From a virus, in the IMG/VR virus record IMGVR_UViG_3300009184_005291, positions 1-64,000 of that record: 64,000 nucleotides of DNA. The stretch is one strand, 5' to 3'. The position numbers and the translations under genes were made by a program. Below, in pieces: positions 1-9,514 of the stretch. A model generated the notes under the pieces. It was not told where the DNA came from and did not search any database. It was given only the letters and a program-made list of their open reading frames with translations. Positions within the stretch are counted from its first letter, which is position 1. Each line of letters opens with the position of its first letter.

Positions 1-33
1 TGAGTAGTTGTTGATATTGTCTTTCTATATTAA

Positions 34-321
34 TCATTTTTCAAAATCACTAAATTTTAATCCCCACATTAACGAAACCATTCCCATTTCTCTTTCGCAT
101 AAGGTTTTATTCCAACGAAATACTCGTTTCATATAATCCATACCCCACTTTTTCCATTCCTCATTTTGTTCCATGGTCATTGTCCATTGGGCATACCAAT
201 CATCTTTTCTATCCTTTACATCATCGTAGGTTACTTGGTACCCTGCGATTTCAAACATTTTGTTGATTACATCTACAACAAATTGTTCTTGTTTCTGTTT
301 TGTAGTCAATCGTTTTGTCAT
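34..321 (-). CDS. hypothetical phage protein
   Basis: ORF in minus-strand operon; start moved to ATG at 321. Confidence 0.6.
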   Translation of the reverse strand: MTKRLTTKQKQEQFVVDVINKMFEIAGYQVTYDDVKDRKDDWYAQWTMTMEQNEEWKKWGMDYMKRVFRWNKTLCEREMGMVSLMWGLKFSDFEK

Positions 322-407
322 AATTTTATAGTTTACCAAATTGTTGGTGATTTTGTTGAATATAATTGGAAATGGAGAATCCTAACCAAATCTCTTTTAG
401 AATAACC

Positions 408-581
408 TTAATCTTTTGAATCATCTTTTTCATCTTCGTCTTCATCGAATAAATCATATCCTTTGTAATCAGGATGATTTTTATGCATGTAATCTATACC
501 TCTTACCCACAGAAAAGAAATAACGATGGGAGTTATAAGTAAAAAGAAAATCGCTACTAATATTTCAACTGATATAGTCAT
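408..581 (-). CDS. small membrane protein (57 aa, not in ORF track)
   Basis: Manual translation MTISVEILVAIFFLLITPIVISFLWVRGIDYMHKNHPDYKGYDLFDEDEDEKDDSKD; one TM helix, acidic tail; overlaps stop of upstream gene. Confidence 0.6.
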   Translation of the reverse strand: MTISVEILVAIFFLLITPIVISFLWVRGIDYMHKNHPDYKGYDLFDEDEDEKDDSKD

Positions 582-1215
582 AAACATCTTCGTTTGTTTT
601 ATCCATCAAATCATTATACTGTTTTACAAGTCGGTTTACATCTCCCCAAATAATATTGGCATTTGGGTCAAGTTCCTTGATTTGTTCCGCCAATTCCTTT
701 TGTCTTCCTTGAGAAAAATATTCTCCTTCTATTGCGTTTGCCAGATTATGAAGATGTTCAGGAGCACTTATTGAAATTCTCAAATCATAATCCGCCCACT
801 TTGTTTTATAATCATTCATCATGATACCTTTGGTCAGTTTCACTTTCAAATTATGTAAAGTTAGGTTACGAACTCTGATAATAGAATTATCTGACCCAAA
901 CAAGTGCAAGAAACGAAGAAACCATCTTGGGCAACCTTTAGGTTTCGCTTCGTAATCCATTGCTAGTACCAAAGGGTACATTGCTTTGAATACAGTTCCG
1001 AGTTCTATGTAAGGTACAGAACCCAAATATTTATACTTCTCGTAAAAATTTTCTGGAAAAAATACTGCACGAATATCGTCCAAAGTAATATCTCTGGTAT
1101 AAATCATTCCTTTTTTTCTACCTCTCCAAAATAGAAGGCTTTGTAGAAAATTCAAAGCTTTCTCATCAAAAGGTCTATTGTCCTTGAATGGACCGAATTT
1201 ACTAGTTGTTTTCAT
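565..1215 (-). CDS. hypothetical protein
   Basis: 216 aa ORF tightly packed in operon. Confidence 0.7.
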   Translation of the reverse strand: MKTTSKFGPFKDNRPFDEKALNFLQSLLFWRGRKKGMIYTRDITLDDIRAVFFPENFYEKYKYLGSVPYIELGTVFKAMYPLVLAMDYEAKPKGCPRWFLRFLHLFGSDNSIIRVRNLTLHNLKVKLTKGIMMNDYKTKWADYDLRISISAPEHLHNLANAIEGEYFSQGRQKELAEQIKELDPNANIIWGDVNRLVKQYNDLMDKTNEDVYDYIS

Positions 1216-1534
1216 TTTGTTTAGATAGTTTATTTTCTAATTTACTTATTTTTTTCCCAAAAAGTTTGAATATTTTATATCTGATGTTTTCTACGTGTCT
1301 CATCGCAATCCACTTTCCAATAACACTACCACCAACGTAAAATGGAATAACCCACCAATCACCTTCAAACAGAAGGTCCAATGACCAATAAACTGTTGCT
1401 AAGGAGACTAAGTTAATGTAAACAGAATTATATAACAATAGAGTCAACCTGTTCTCGTACGTGTATTTTATCTCCAACACCTTAAAGATATTGAACATAA
1501 TTTGAAACACCAAAACCAAAAGATAATATTTCAT
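1202..1534 (-). CDS. small multi-pass membrane protein
   Basis: Three hydrophobic segments, basic C-tail. Confidence 0.65.
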   Translation of the reverse strand: MKYYLLVLVFQIMFNIFKVLEIKYTYENRLTLLLYNSVYINLVSLATVYWSLDLLFEGDWWVIPFYVGGSVIGKWIAMRHVENIRYKIFKLFGKKISKLENKLSKQNENN

Positions 1535-1731
1535 AATTTATTTTGGTTCTCCCATTCTTCGATGATGTAGTTTATGTTGTCGGATAGATAATCTTGTTTT
1601 GATAACCATTCAATGAATTCTTTAGTCCCCAAATCATAAGATTGTTCCATACATTTTTCAACTGAATTTCTATCAAAAAATCCAGTATGCACAATGTGAT
1701 TATTTAATATTTTTTCTAAACTCGGTTTCAT
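1531..1731 (-). CDS. hypothetical protein
   Basis: ATGA overlaps with both neighbours when started at 1731. Confidence 0.6.
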   Translation of the reverse strand: MKPSLEKILNNHIVHTGFFDRNSVEKCMEQSYDLGTKEFIEWLSKQDYLSDNINYIIEEWENQNKL

Positions 1732-2783
1732 GATTCGATTTCTTTTTGCCAAAATGGTCTACTGTACTCCGGTTTTATTAATTTCCAAATAAATGGAGAA
1801 ACGTCTTTCCCGTTCAACATACTGAATAATATTGATGGATGGTCATATCCTTTCGCATTCTCAGCAAAATCCTTTTGTTCTAAATTATTTGATTTCAGTT
1901 CATTGAAGATTTCAGTGTAATCTTTGAGTATATTTTCATATCTGGCAACCAAATCTTTAACCGTAGTTTTCACCCAAGAATCAAATTCATCAGGGACTCT
2001 GTCCAACAATACATTCAAGTCCTTATTGTCTTTCAAATATTCCCAAATGTCCACATTTGAAAACTCGGTCAATAATCTGTGAAGATAAACGTAATCTTCA
2101 CCCTTTATCTTCATTCTAAGACCACTTCTGAATTTAACAACATAACCCTCCCTTTCTTTGGAGATAGAGGATTTGAGGTTCTTATAATCTTGAATTCCGT
2201 CGTATTTTTTGATTACAGGTAATCCCGTTTCTTTATTTATCAATAATAATGAATCATGTTCGAGTTCTTTGCCATTAGCATTACTAATCATCGACAAAAC
2301 AACCAAAGATTCATCACTACCGTAATCACATACAATTCTATTCTGAGGGTAGATTATTTCGACTAAAGTAGTATATCCTTTCGGGATAGGCTCCACATTA
2401 TACTTCTCATCTAATATTTGTCTTGCTCTTATTGATTGTGAAGAAGTAAATGACCCTTTACTAGCGATAATCCATTTACCTTGATACCAAAACAAAATAC
2501 CTAAAGATCCATCAAGTTTTTCATATACTTCGAAATCTTCGTTGGGAATTTCTTGAGGGGAATGTTCTTCCAAATTGAAAAACTTATCAAATGATTTTGC
2601 TATCACATTACCTTGATTGTCCAAAATTAATCCTCTACAACTTTTGGTGATATTATCCCACAATTTTTCGTATTGGGTTTTTCTGGTGTAGTTGTATATA
2701 GATAAAGAAAGGGTTGGATGGTCATTTTTGACCACCAAACCCTTTTCAATGTAATCATTCAATATGTTTAAGTCGAAGTTCAT
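1728..2783 (-). CDS. T4 Rnl1-family RNA ligase
   Basis: Motif I EKLDGSLG, CRGLILD, KFFN, EGYVV and MKIK motifs. Confidence 0.88.
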   Translation of the reverse strand: MNFDLNILNDYIEKGLVVKNDHPTLSLSIYNYTRKTQYEKLWDNITKSCRGLILDNQGNVIAKSFDKFFNLEEHSPQEIPNEDFEVYEKLDGSLGILFWYQGKWIIASKGSFTSSQSIRARQILDEKYNVEPIPKGYTTLVEIIYPQNRIVCDYGSDESLVVLSMISNANGKELEHDSLLLINKETGLPVIKKYDGIQDYKNLKSSISKEREGYVVKFRSGLRMKIKGEDYVYLHRLLTEFSNVDIWEYLKDNKDLNVLLDRVPDEFDSWVKTTVKDLVARYENILKDYTEIFNELKSNNLEQKDFAENAKGYDHPSILFSMLNGKDVSPFIWKLIKPEYSRPFWQKEIES

Positions 2784-2983
2784 TTTTTTTCAGTACCCCT
2801 AAAGATACGAAAAAAAAGTAGATAAAACACAAGTGAAATTAAAATTCCTCCCAAAATTGTCGAGATTGTCGAAACAAAAAAATTTGTAGATTCCGTCAAT
2901 GGTATAAGAGAAAAAACTAAAAAGATTCCCAACAAAAGTGGTGGCAAAAATCTTTTGATTAAAATTACAATTTTTTTCGTCAT
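2780..2983 (-). CDS. small two-TM membrane protein
   Basis: Two hydrophobic helices; ATGA overlap with ligase. Confidence 0.55.
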   Translation of the reverse strand: MTKKIVILIKRFLPPLLLGIFLVFSLIPLTESTNFFVSTISTILGGILISLVFYLLFFRIFRGTEKK

Positions 2984-2986
2984 AAT

Positions 2987-3211
2987 TTAATTTTGGATTA
3001 GCATGTTTGTATTAGAGACTGGAAATCTACCTACAGGTACTCTTATCTCTCCTTCTTCACTTGCTTGTTTAACCATGACTTCGTAGTATGTGTCCAAAAC
3101 TTTTACGGTTGGAACGTCTTGGAAAGTATAAAGAATTTTTGAATGATGTTCTCCTTCGTAAACTACGACGGATTTTGTTTTTGTGTTGAAAATTAGTGTT
3201 TGTAGTGCCAT
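2987..3211 (-). CDS. hypothetical protein
   Basis: 74 aa ORF in operon. Confidence 0.6.
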   Translation of the reverse strand: MALQTLIFNTKTKSVVVYEGEHHSKILYTFQDVPTVKVLDTYYEVMVKQASEEGEIRVPVGRFPVSNTNMLIQN

Positions 3212-3222
3212 ATTTTTTTATT

Positions 3223-3411
3223 TTAGTAATATTGTTTTTGTATAACTATTCCGTAAGCAAAATTATAAAAAGAAACATTAAGACCAAAGGCCGGAGTGTT
3301 TACTCCTGATTCCAAGAAGTAATATTGATCATACCAAATAGATATACAGGGAATTAACCAATATTTTCCTATAACTTTTCTAAGTTTACTGTGATTTACT
3401 TTCCATTTCAT
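3223..3411 (-). CDS. hypothetical protein
   Basis: 62 aa ORF in operon. Confidence 0.5.
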   Translation of the reverse strand: MKWKVNHSKLRKVIGKYWLIPCISIWYDQYYFLESGVNTPAFGLNVSFYNFAYGIVIQKQYY

Positions 3412-3441
3412 ATTGTTCTTTTTTATAAAGATAAGAAAAAA

Positions 3442-3696
3442 TTACTCAGAAACCAAAAATACTGGATTTTGTTCACCAGCATAAAGCCCGATGATGTTAT
3501 AATCAAAAAATTCCATCGCTTCAGTCATAGTCATTAAATCTCTTTCACATAAAATGTTAAGGATTTTGTTTTTGGAATAAAGGATGCGAGGTCCGTTTCC
3601 GAACTCCTCAACAATCCCAATGATTGCCTCGTCAAGTCCATCAAGGATGATGGCACCTTCAGCGTATTCGTGGATGTCGTAGTCGTTGATTGTCAT
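3442..3696 (-). CDS. conserved phage hypothetical protein
   Basis: DGLDEAIIG...EAMEFFDYNIIGLYAGEQNPVF pattern recalled from many phages. Confidence 0.7.
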   Translation of the reverse strand: MTINDYDIHEYAEGAIILDGLDEAIIGIVEEFGNGPRILYSKNKILNILCERDLMTMTEAMEFFDYNIIGLYAGEQNPVFLVSE

Positions 3697-3708
3697 AGTA
3701 GTTAAATA

Positions 3709-3783
3709 ACAAGTGAGCCCGTAAACTGAGGCGATAAATAAATTACCAAGATACTATCGGATGAAAATACGGAACTCACTTGT
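3709..3783 (-). promoter_or_regulatory. 75-nt stem-loop in 5' leader of minus-strand operon
   Basis: ACAAGTGAG/CTCACTTGT, CCGTA/TACGG and CGATA/TATCG nested inverted repeats. Confidence 0.55.
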
Positions 3784-3868
3784 ATATTACAATAATAGAT
3801 TTTCCACTTAAAATTGTCAAATGAAAAAAATGAAAAAATAAAAGTATTTATAAATAAAACTATTAGTT

Positions 3869-5572
3869 ATGAGAGGATACTTTGGATTAGGACAGTTGTC
3901 TGCTGCTGAGAAGTCAGATATTTTAGACCAACACAAAAGTTTGTATAATGGATACCAAACCATGCAACCACAGGTCTCAAACACTCAACCATTATATACT
4001 TACGATTTCGCTGGTGATAAAGACGGATTGGTGGTAAACAACAAAGGTGAAGTAAAGAAATATACAAATATGGGAATTAACGAACAAGTTAACCAATCTA
4101 CAGGTCCGTATGATGAATGTTTCATTTCACAAGGAATACCTAAAGAAAAGATTCCTCAATTTTGTAAATCATGGGAAACTATGGGAAAGTGTGCAAGTGA
4201 AATGATGAAAGGGGAATTTTATAAGACTACCGAATTTATGGATAAAGTTGATGCCGCACTTGATTGTATGTTTAAGAAAATCAGAGAGGAGAAAGACTAT
4301 GGAATTAACGAACAAGTTGAATCCAAAGAAATGTGTGAGCAATGTGGAGGTCGAATGACCGAAGGCATTTGTGAACAATGTGGTGGAGGAGAAATGGAAG
4401 AAGCCACTGGTAAATTGGACGACATCTATGATGAGGAGGATTTGAATCCAAGCGCAGGTTTTGACTACATCGAAGGACCATCCAATAGTATTGATACCTT
4501 TGAAAAAATGCACCACATGAAAAAAATAAAATCAGAAGGTAAATACGAAGACGATGATAATGAAGATGACGCAGTTGTAGGATCAGAAGACATGCAAATC
4601 GATTCAAGTGAAATGTATGAAGATGAGACAGATGACAAACCTTATGAAAAAGGTAAAAGAGGTATGAAAGCATCCCGAGCAAGAGCTTCGTTCACTCCAA
4701 CACCACAAGAAAATGAAATTCTAAATAATTTATTCGGACAATATGGAGAAGATATTCCACCAATTGTAATCAGATACTTAAGAAAATTACCAAGAAAAAC
4801 ATTATTAAACCGTTTAGTTAAAGTAGGTCTTATTGATAAAGATTTATTACAGGGGAAAGAAACTATCGACGAACAAGGATATACAGGTGGTGGAAACGCT
4901 CCCGACATGGATATAAGTAACATCGAACCAGCTTACAACTTTAGAAGTAACGGTCCTGATGAAGTTTATCCAACTGAAGGAGAAATGGAAGAACAAACTC
5001 CTGAGGATAATACGAGGTATAGAAGAAGAGGAATTACTTATGACAACCTATTAAGTTTTATTGATTATGAAAAAACTCAATGGGATGCGTGTCATGATTT
5101 TAGTGATGAATTCGAATACGCTGACAACATTATTTCTTCGGCAATTGATAATTTCTTCGCTGAAACAGGACAAGATTATGAAAATGATGATCTTTTTGAT
5201 GAATTACATGATATTTGTAAAGATTGGTTTGGAGAGGAGTTACTTTCAAGTTATTACGAAGAGTGCGGAGGTCAAGAAGAGGAAGAAGAAGAGGACTTCA
5301 TGTTTATGGAATCAGCATTCGCAGATGAAATAGACGAAGTCGATGTATCAGGTTCTCAAGGTATTTACGGTGAAATGGAACCACCTTATGTTTTTGATCC
5401 CGAAGGACCTGGAAAAGCAGGACCATACCAAAGATCAAGTTATTACGAGGAAGAAGATGAGGATGAAGAATCCGAAGAAGATTTTGAACTTGATGAAGAT
5501 TTGAAAGAATCTTTTATGGAACAAAAAAATAAAGTCATGAAAATGATGAATCGAATGAAAATAATAAAATAA
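3869..5572 (+). CDS. large acidic late protein, probable internal head (poly)protein
   Basis: Very acidic, repeated (I/M)xE-Q sites, CEQCG motifs, TATTTAT upstream, terminator downstream. Confidence 0.6.
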   Translation: MRGYFGLGQLSAAEKSDILDQHKSLYNGYQTMQPQVSNTQPLYTYDFAGDKDGLVVNNKGEVKKYTNMGINEQVNQSTGPYDECFISQGIPKEKIPQFCKSWETMGKCASEMMKGEFYKTTEFMDKVDAALDCMFKKIREEKDYGINEQVESKEMCEQCGGRMTEGICEQCGGGEMEEATGKLDDIYDEEDLNPSAGFDYIEGPSNSIDTFEKMHHMKKIKSEGKYEDDDNEDDAVVGSEDMQIDSSEMYEDETDDKPYEKGKRGMKASRARASFTPTPQENEILNNLFGQYGEDIPPIVIRYLRKLPRKTLLNRLVKVGLIDKDLLQGKETIDEQGYTGGGNAPDMDISNIEPAYNFRSNGPDEVYPTEGEMEEQTPEDNTRYRRRGITYDNLLSFIDYEKTQWDACHDFSDEFEYADNIISSAIDNFFAETGQDYENDDLFDELHDICKDWFGEELLSSYYEECGGQEEEEEEDFMFMESAFADEIDEVDVSGSQGIYGEMEPPYVFDPEGPGKAGPYQRSSYYEEEDEDEESEEDFELDEDLKESFMEQKNKVMKMMNRMKIIK

Positions 5573-5603
5573 AAAAAACCCCTCCGAAACGAGGGGTTTT
5601 TTT
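5571..5603 (+). terminator. intrinsic terminator (bidirectional type)
   Basis: AAAAAAAACCCCTC-CGAAAC-GAGGGGTTTTTTT. Confidence 0.8.
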
Positions 5604-5670
5604 ATTAAATTATATGAAAAATATGACTTTTCATATATTTTTTAATATTTGTTTATAAATTGATATTGTT

Positions 5671-5970
5671 ATGGAAATCAAGGAAATCGTATCTTATTAT
5701 TTTAATAATGAGACCAATTTAGTAGATGTATCATTTAGAACCATCGAAGATGATGAAGATGTTGTAAGAATCGATACAATAGATTATAGTGTAATAGAAA
5801 GTTATGGGTTTGACTTAATCACAGAATCTTTCGATTTTTTTGATGATGACATTGAGGATGATTTATTTGAAGAAACAATAATTGAATTAGATGAAGATAT
5901 ACTAATAACTTTTCTAAACGAATATTATATCATTAATCCATCGTCAATACCTAACCCTGAATTTTATTAA
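5671..5970 (+). CDS. acidic hypothetical protein
   Basis: 99 aa ORF. Confidence 0.65.
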   Translation: MEIKEIVSYYFNNETNLVDVSFRTIEDDEDVVRIDTIDYSVIESYGFDLITESFDFFDDDIEDDLFEETIIELDEDILITFLNEYYIINPSSIPNPEFY

Positions 5971-6497
5971 GGACCGACTCGAGTTAATGACATGGTCATA
6001 ACTTGTTTCTCACCTAATTTACCAGCAAACCAAGCTCCCGACGATTTCAATTGGATAGTTTCCAATCCGTCATCTTCAATGATAAATTTCATTGGGACAT
6101 AACTACCGTTTTTGGTGGTGTAATGATATTGAATGTATCCCGAATGAAATGGAGTTGTTCCTGTTATTGTATAAAAAATATAATTGGGATTTGTACCATA
6201 AAACCAAATGTCTTCACCTGAAGGAGTAACCCCTTGAAATTTCATTCTTACAGTTGAATAGTCAAAATGAATGTAAAAATTATTTATTTTAATTTCGTTA
6301 AACGGGTCAGGTAATTTGGAATTTTTGTACGTTGACCCTAACAAATACGACTCATCTCTAGTCTGATTTTGGTCAACATTCGTTATCTCCAACTTGGATA
6401 CAACATACTTCCCACTCAACGTGACATCTTTGATTTCGGTCACGTAAAGTTGGCATGAAGTAAAAAATAGAAGAGTTATTAGTATAATCTTTTTCAT
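5967..6497 (-). CDS. putative lipoprotein
   Basis: MKKIILITLLFFTSC signal peptide with lipobox Cys. Confidence 0.65.
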   Translation of the reverse strand: MKKIILITLLFFTSCQLYVTEIKDVTLSGKYVVSKLEITNVDQNQTRDESYLLGSTYKNSKLPDPFNEIKINNFYIHFDYSTVRMKFQGVTPSGEDIWFYGTNPNYIFYTITGTTPFHSGYIQYHYTTKNGSYVPMKFIIEDDGLETIQLKSSGAWFAGKLGEKQVMTMSLTRVGP

Positions 6498-6545
6498 CCG
6501 CCAAATATAAAAAAAATTTTTTGATAACACAAAATATTTATTGAT

Positions 6546-6782
6546 ATGATATTAGACATCGACTTCCTTATTGATTTTTTTAATAAAAATTCCTTTACAG
6601 GAACCAAAGATGAAATGGGGGAACAAGAAGCCGCAGCAGCACCTACAGGAGGCGGAGGAGGTAAAGTTCCAAAATGGGCTGATTCATATCCAATAACAAG
6701 AGGTAAAGCAAATCGATTGGGAGCTTCGGGAGAAAAGTGGAATACCGACCTTAAAAGAGGATCCGCCAATCAGATTTGGTAA
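6546..6782 (+). CDS. hypothetical late protein
   Basis: TATTTAT 5 nt upstream; internal repeat TRGKAN/KRGSAN. Confidence 0.6.
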   Translation: MILDIDFLIDFFNKNSFTGTKDEMGEQEAAAAPTGGGGGKVPKWADSYPITRGKANRLGASGEKWNTDLKRGSANQIW

Positions 6783-6816
6783 TTAACGTATATTTATAAA
6801 ATAAAATATTAAAACT

Positions 6817-7728
6817 ATGGTACAACCAAAGTATAGCCCAGAGGAAGCACTAGAACGAGTGAAACTGATGATGAAGTATGATACTTCAAAAACTTTGAAT
6901 GAGAACAGAGAAATAATTTTTGAACAAAGTTATATTGATCCGTCCGCTGTTGGGGCGGGAGCCGTAACCGCTGCTGCTGGAGCATATGCTGGCGCCGCTA
7001 TCGGAACTGGCATATTTCCAATAGCCGGAACTGCCATAGGTGCCTTAGTTGGACTTGGTTTGGGGGCCTTAGGAAATTGGGCAACTAGTGCTGATAAAGG
7101 TGAAGATGGGTTCAGAAAAGTGATGGAGGCATGTAATGCCTCGGGTGCCTCTAAATTAGTTCCTAAATTATCTAAAACTGAGGTTAGAAATATTGCGTAC
7201 AAAATTGAAGACGCTAAAGGCGCTTGGAACGATGATGAAGATGCGATCGTAAGTGCTTTGATGGAAATACCAACAATTGCCGATTTATGTGCTGTTGATA
7301 AGAAAATCGCTGGCGGTCTTGCGGAGTTTTTGGATAATTTGACAGATGATCCTGAGGAGTGGAAGATGTTTACTCGGCCTTTGGAAGGAATAATTGAAGA
7401 TTCTGAGATTGTCTTAACACCTGAAGATCAAGAACAAGCCGATGGTGTATCAAATAGTGGAGGTTCTACTACAAGTGGATATAAATCTTGTTCAGGTACA
7501 TATAGTTACGGATGTAAATCAGATGCAATTAAAACTGTACAGGGATGTTTGAGTTTAGTTACGGACGGTAAGTTTGGCCCAAAAACACAGGCAGCTCTCA
7601 AAGCTAAGGGTTTCGATTCATTCACAGATGCTGACGTAAATAAAATTTGCAGTAAAACTACAGAAGAAGAACCTGAAGTTTCAGGAGAGTCGCCTTCGGA
7701 CGCTGACCAAAACAATCTTGAATTCTAA
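6817..7728 (+). CDS. glycine-zipper protein with C-terminal peptidoglycan-binding-like motif
   Basis: GAxxGAAIG hydrophobic zipper; VQGCL...DGKFGPKTQAAL PG-binding-like motif. Confidence 0.65.
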   Translation: MVQPKYSPEEALERVKLMMKYDTSKTLNENREIIFEQSYIDPSAVGAGAVTAAAGAYAGAAIGTGIFPIAGTAIGALVGLGLGALGNWATSADKGEDGFRKVMEACNASGASKLVPKLSKTEVRNIAYKIEDAKGAWNDDEDAIVSALMEIPTIADLCAVDKKIAGGLAEFLDNLTDDPEEWKMFTRPLEGIIEDSEIVLTPEDQEQADGVSNSGGSTTSGYKSCSGTYSYGCKSDAIKTVQGCLSLVTDGKFGPKTQAALKAKGFDSFTDADVNKICSKTTEEEPEVSGESPSDADQNNLEF

Positions 7729-7740
7729 ATTCATACATAT

Positions 7741-8730
7741 ATGAAAAATTCTAATTATAAAATAAAAAAATCTTTGATTTCAGAACAAACAACCCCCAAC
7801 GTAAGACAACAATTGGAGAAATTTTTGTCAGACGGTTGTGTAAAAGTTGGTAAAATTGTTTCTATGCAATCAAAAAATCCGTTATTACAATTTGCAATCA
7901 AACAAGAAAGTACAAAAACACCTGGTAAATTTAGATATTTATTCGCAGATAATAGGATTGGATCTTTTAATGAAAACGGGAAATTCGAGTTTAATCCTTC
8001 TAAATTTTCTTGCCAAGGAGTACTACAATCTGCGGCTGCGGCAGTGACAGCATCACAACAAGCAGAAATAGATTCTAAAATTGCAACTGAAATGAAAAAA
8101 GGTTGGAAAAAATTAGAAACTTTGAAGTCGGAAGGTGTTGATTTGACAACTTTAGATAAAGTTTTCGACAAAATAGTAATAGGTAATGTGGCTCTTTTCA
8201 GACCAAAAGGGTCTTCAACAACTTTTACTCCAGGAACTTCAACTGTTGATTTTAATAATGACCAACAATCTTTTGTCGATACATTTATCGCTAAAGGATA
8301 TAAATTAAATCCAACAAGGTTAGAACAAAATTCTTTAGTTAAAGTTACTGGTGAACAACTAGGAGCACCGGCAGACCTTTTCCCTAATGGATTAGTTATG
8401 TGGTATGATCCAAATCAACAATCTACAATCAGAGGTGGAGAAAATAGTATTTTAAGTGATATCTTGGATAATCAATCTATCAATAGAACCACTTGTAGAA
8501 AAAATGTTAAGGATTTCTTCGAATTGTATCGAAGAAGAAATAGTGCTCAAGTCGATCCAGCAACAGTTGACAGAGCAAAAAGAATTGTACAAGCGTGTAG
8601 AGATGAGCATTATGGTAAATGGGGTGTTACAGGTGGCAAAAACGTTGATGACATGTTAGATGTTTTATCAGGACGTAAAGAAGGTGGACCATTATCAACA
8701 GGACCAACCGCAATTTTCAGAATTAAGTAA
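7741..8730 (+). CDS. hypothetical (probable virion) protein
   Basis: 329 aa; N-terminal IKKSLISEQ leader. Confidence 0.6.
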   Translation: MKNSNYKIKKSLISEQTTPNVRQQLEKFLSDGCVKVGKIVSMQSKNPLLQFAIKQESTKTPGKFRYLFADNRIGSFNENGKFEFNPSKFSCQGVLQSAAAAVTASQQAEIDSKIATEMKKGWKKLETLKSEGVDLTTLDKVFDKIVIGNVALFRPKGSSTTFTPGTSTVDFNNDQQSFVDTFIAKGYKLNPTRLEQNSLVKVTGEQLGAPADLFPNGLVMWYDPNQQSTIRGGENSILSDILDNQSINRTTCRKNVKDFFELYRRRNSAQVDPATVDRAKRIVQACRDEHYGKWGVTGGKNVDDMLDVLSGRKEGGPLSTGPTAIFRIK

Positions 8731-8738
8731 TTATAGAT

Positions 8739-9446
8739 ATGTTACAGAAAAAAATTAAAAAAAGTCTGATCGAGACCAAAAACAAAAAAGAATCTATTTT
8801 GATTGAACAAAAATTAATCAAAAGCAGAATCATGATGATTGTTGAAAATGAAGATAATATCAAAAATTTCAAATCATTACCCAAGTCAAAACAAGAAAAA
8901 ATTGCCTACAAACTTTTTGAAGAAATAAATTATCTTCAAGAAACCAATATATTAAACGAGCAATTAATGGACTTCTTGAGTAAAATTTTTGGAAATGCTT
9001 TCGGTGGTATCGCTCAAACAATAGTTGAACCTATGGTTAACTCTCTTTTGAGTGGAATAGGTCTTGAAGGATATTTCAAAGATTTTCTAGTTTCATTTAT
9101 TACTTCCAACCCTGCGAGACTGGCAAAGGCTCTCAAAAGTTGTGACGAACTAACAAAGTTAGTCGCAGAATCTTTGTCAGAAGCGGTGTTTATGATGATT
9201 CAAAGACAACAAGGATTGGAAGGTCAAGGATATACATTCTTGAGGAATGCTTTAGGTGGAGCAGTAAAAGATACTGCGTTTATCAAAAGCATAGAAACCC
9301 AAATAAGTGGTATTGTTTGTCAGTTGTTCGGTAAAATGAACGACAAAGCATCAGGTGTATATGACAAACTTAAAACCGATGTTGGGACACAGGGTCTTGG
9401 AGGTATATTACCTTCATTATCTTCATTAACGGGCCAAAGTAAGTAA
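8739..9446 (+). CDS. hypothetical helical (probable virion) protein
   Basis: 235 aa; IKKSLIE, LIEQ and LNEQ motifs. Confidence 0.6.
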   Translation: MLQKKIKKSLIETKNKKESILIEQKLIKSRIMMIVENEDNIKNFKSLPKSKQEKIAYKLFEEINYLQETNILNEQLMDFLSKIFGNAFGGIAQTIVEPMVNSLLSGIGLEGYFKDFLVSFITSNPARLAKALKSCDELTKLVAESLSEAVFMMIQRQQGLEGQGYTFLRNALGGAVKDTAFIKSIETQISGIVCQLFGKMNDKASGVYDKLKTDVGTQGLGGILPSLSSLTGQSK

Positions 9447-9514
9447 AATTATTTTGTGATAAACTGACGAGCAAAAAGTAAAGGGGGTGTTCTAAAGTCT
9501 AAGAAAAAGAAGGG

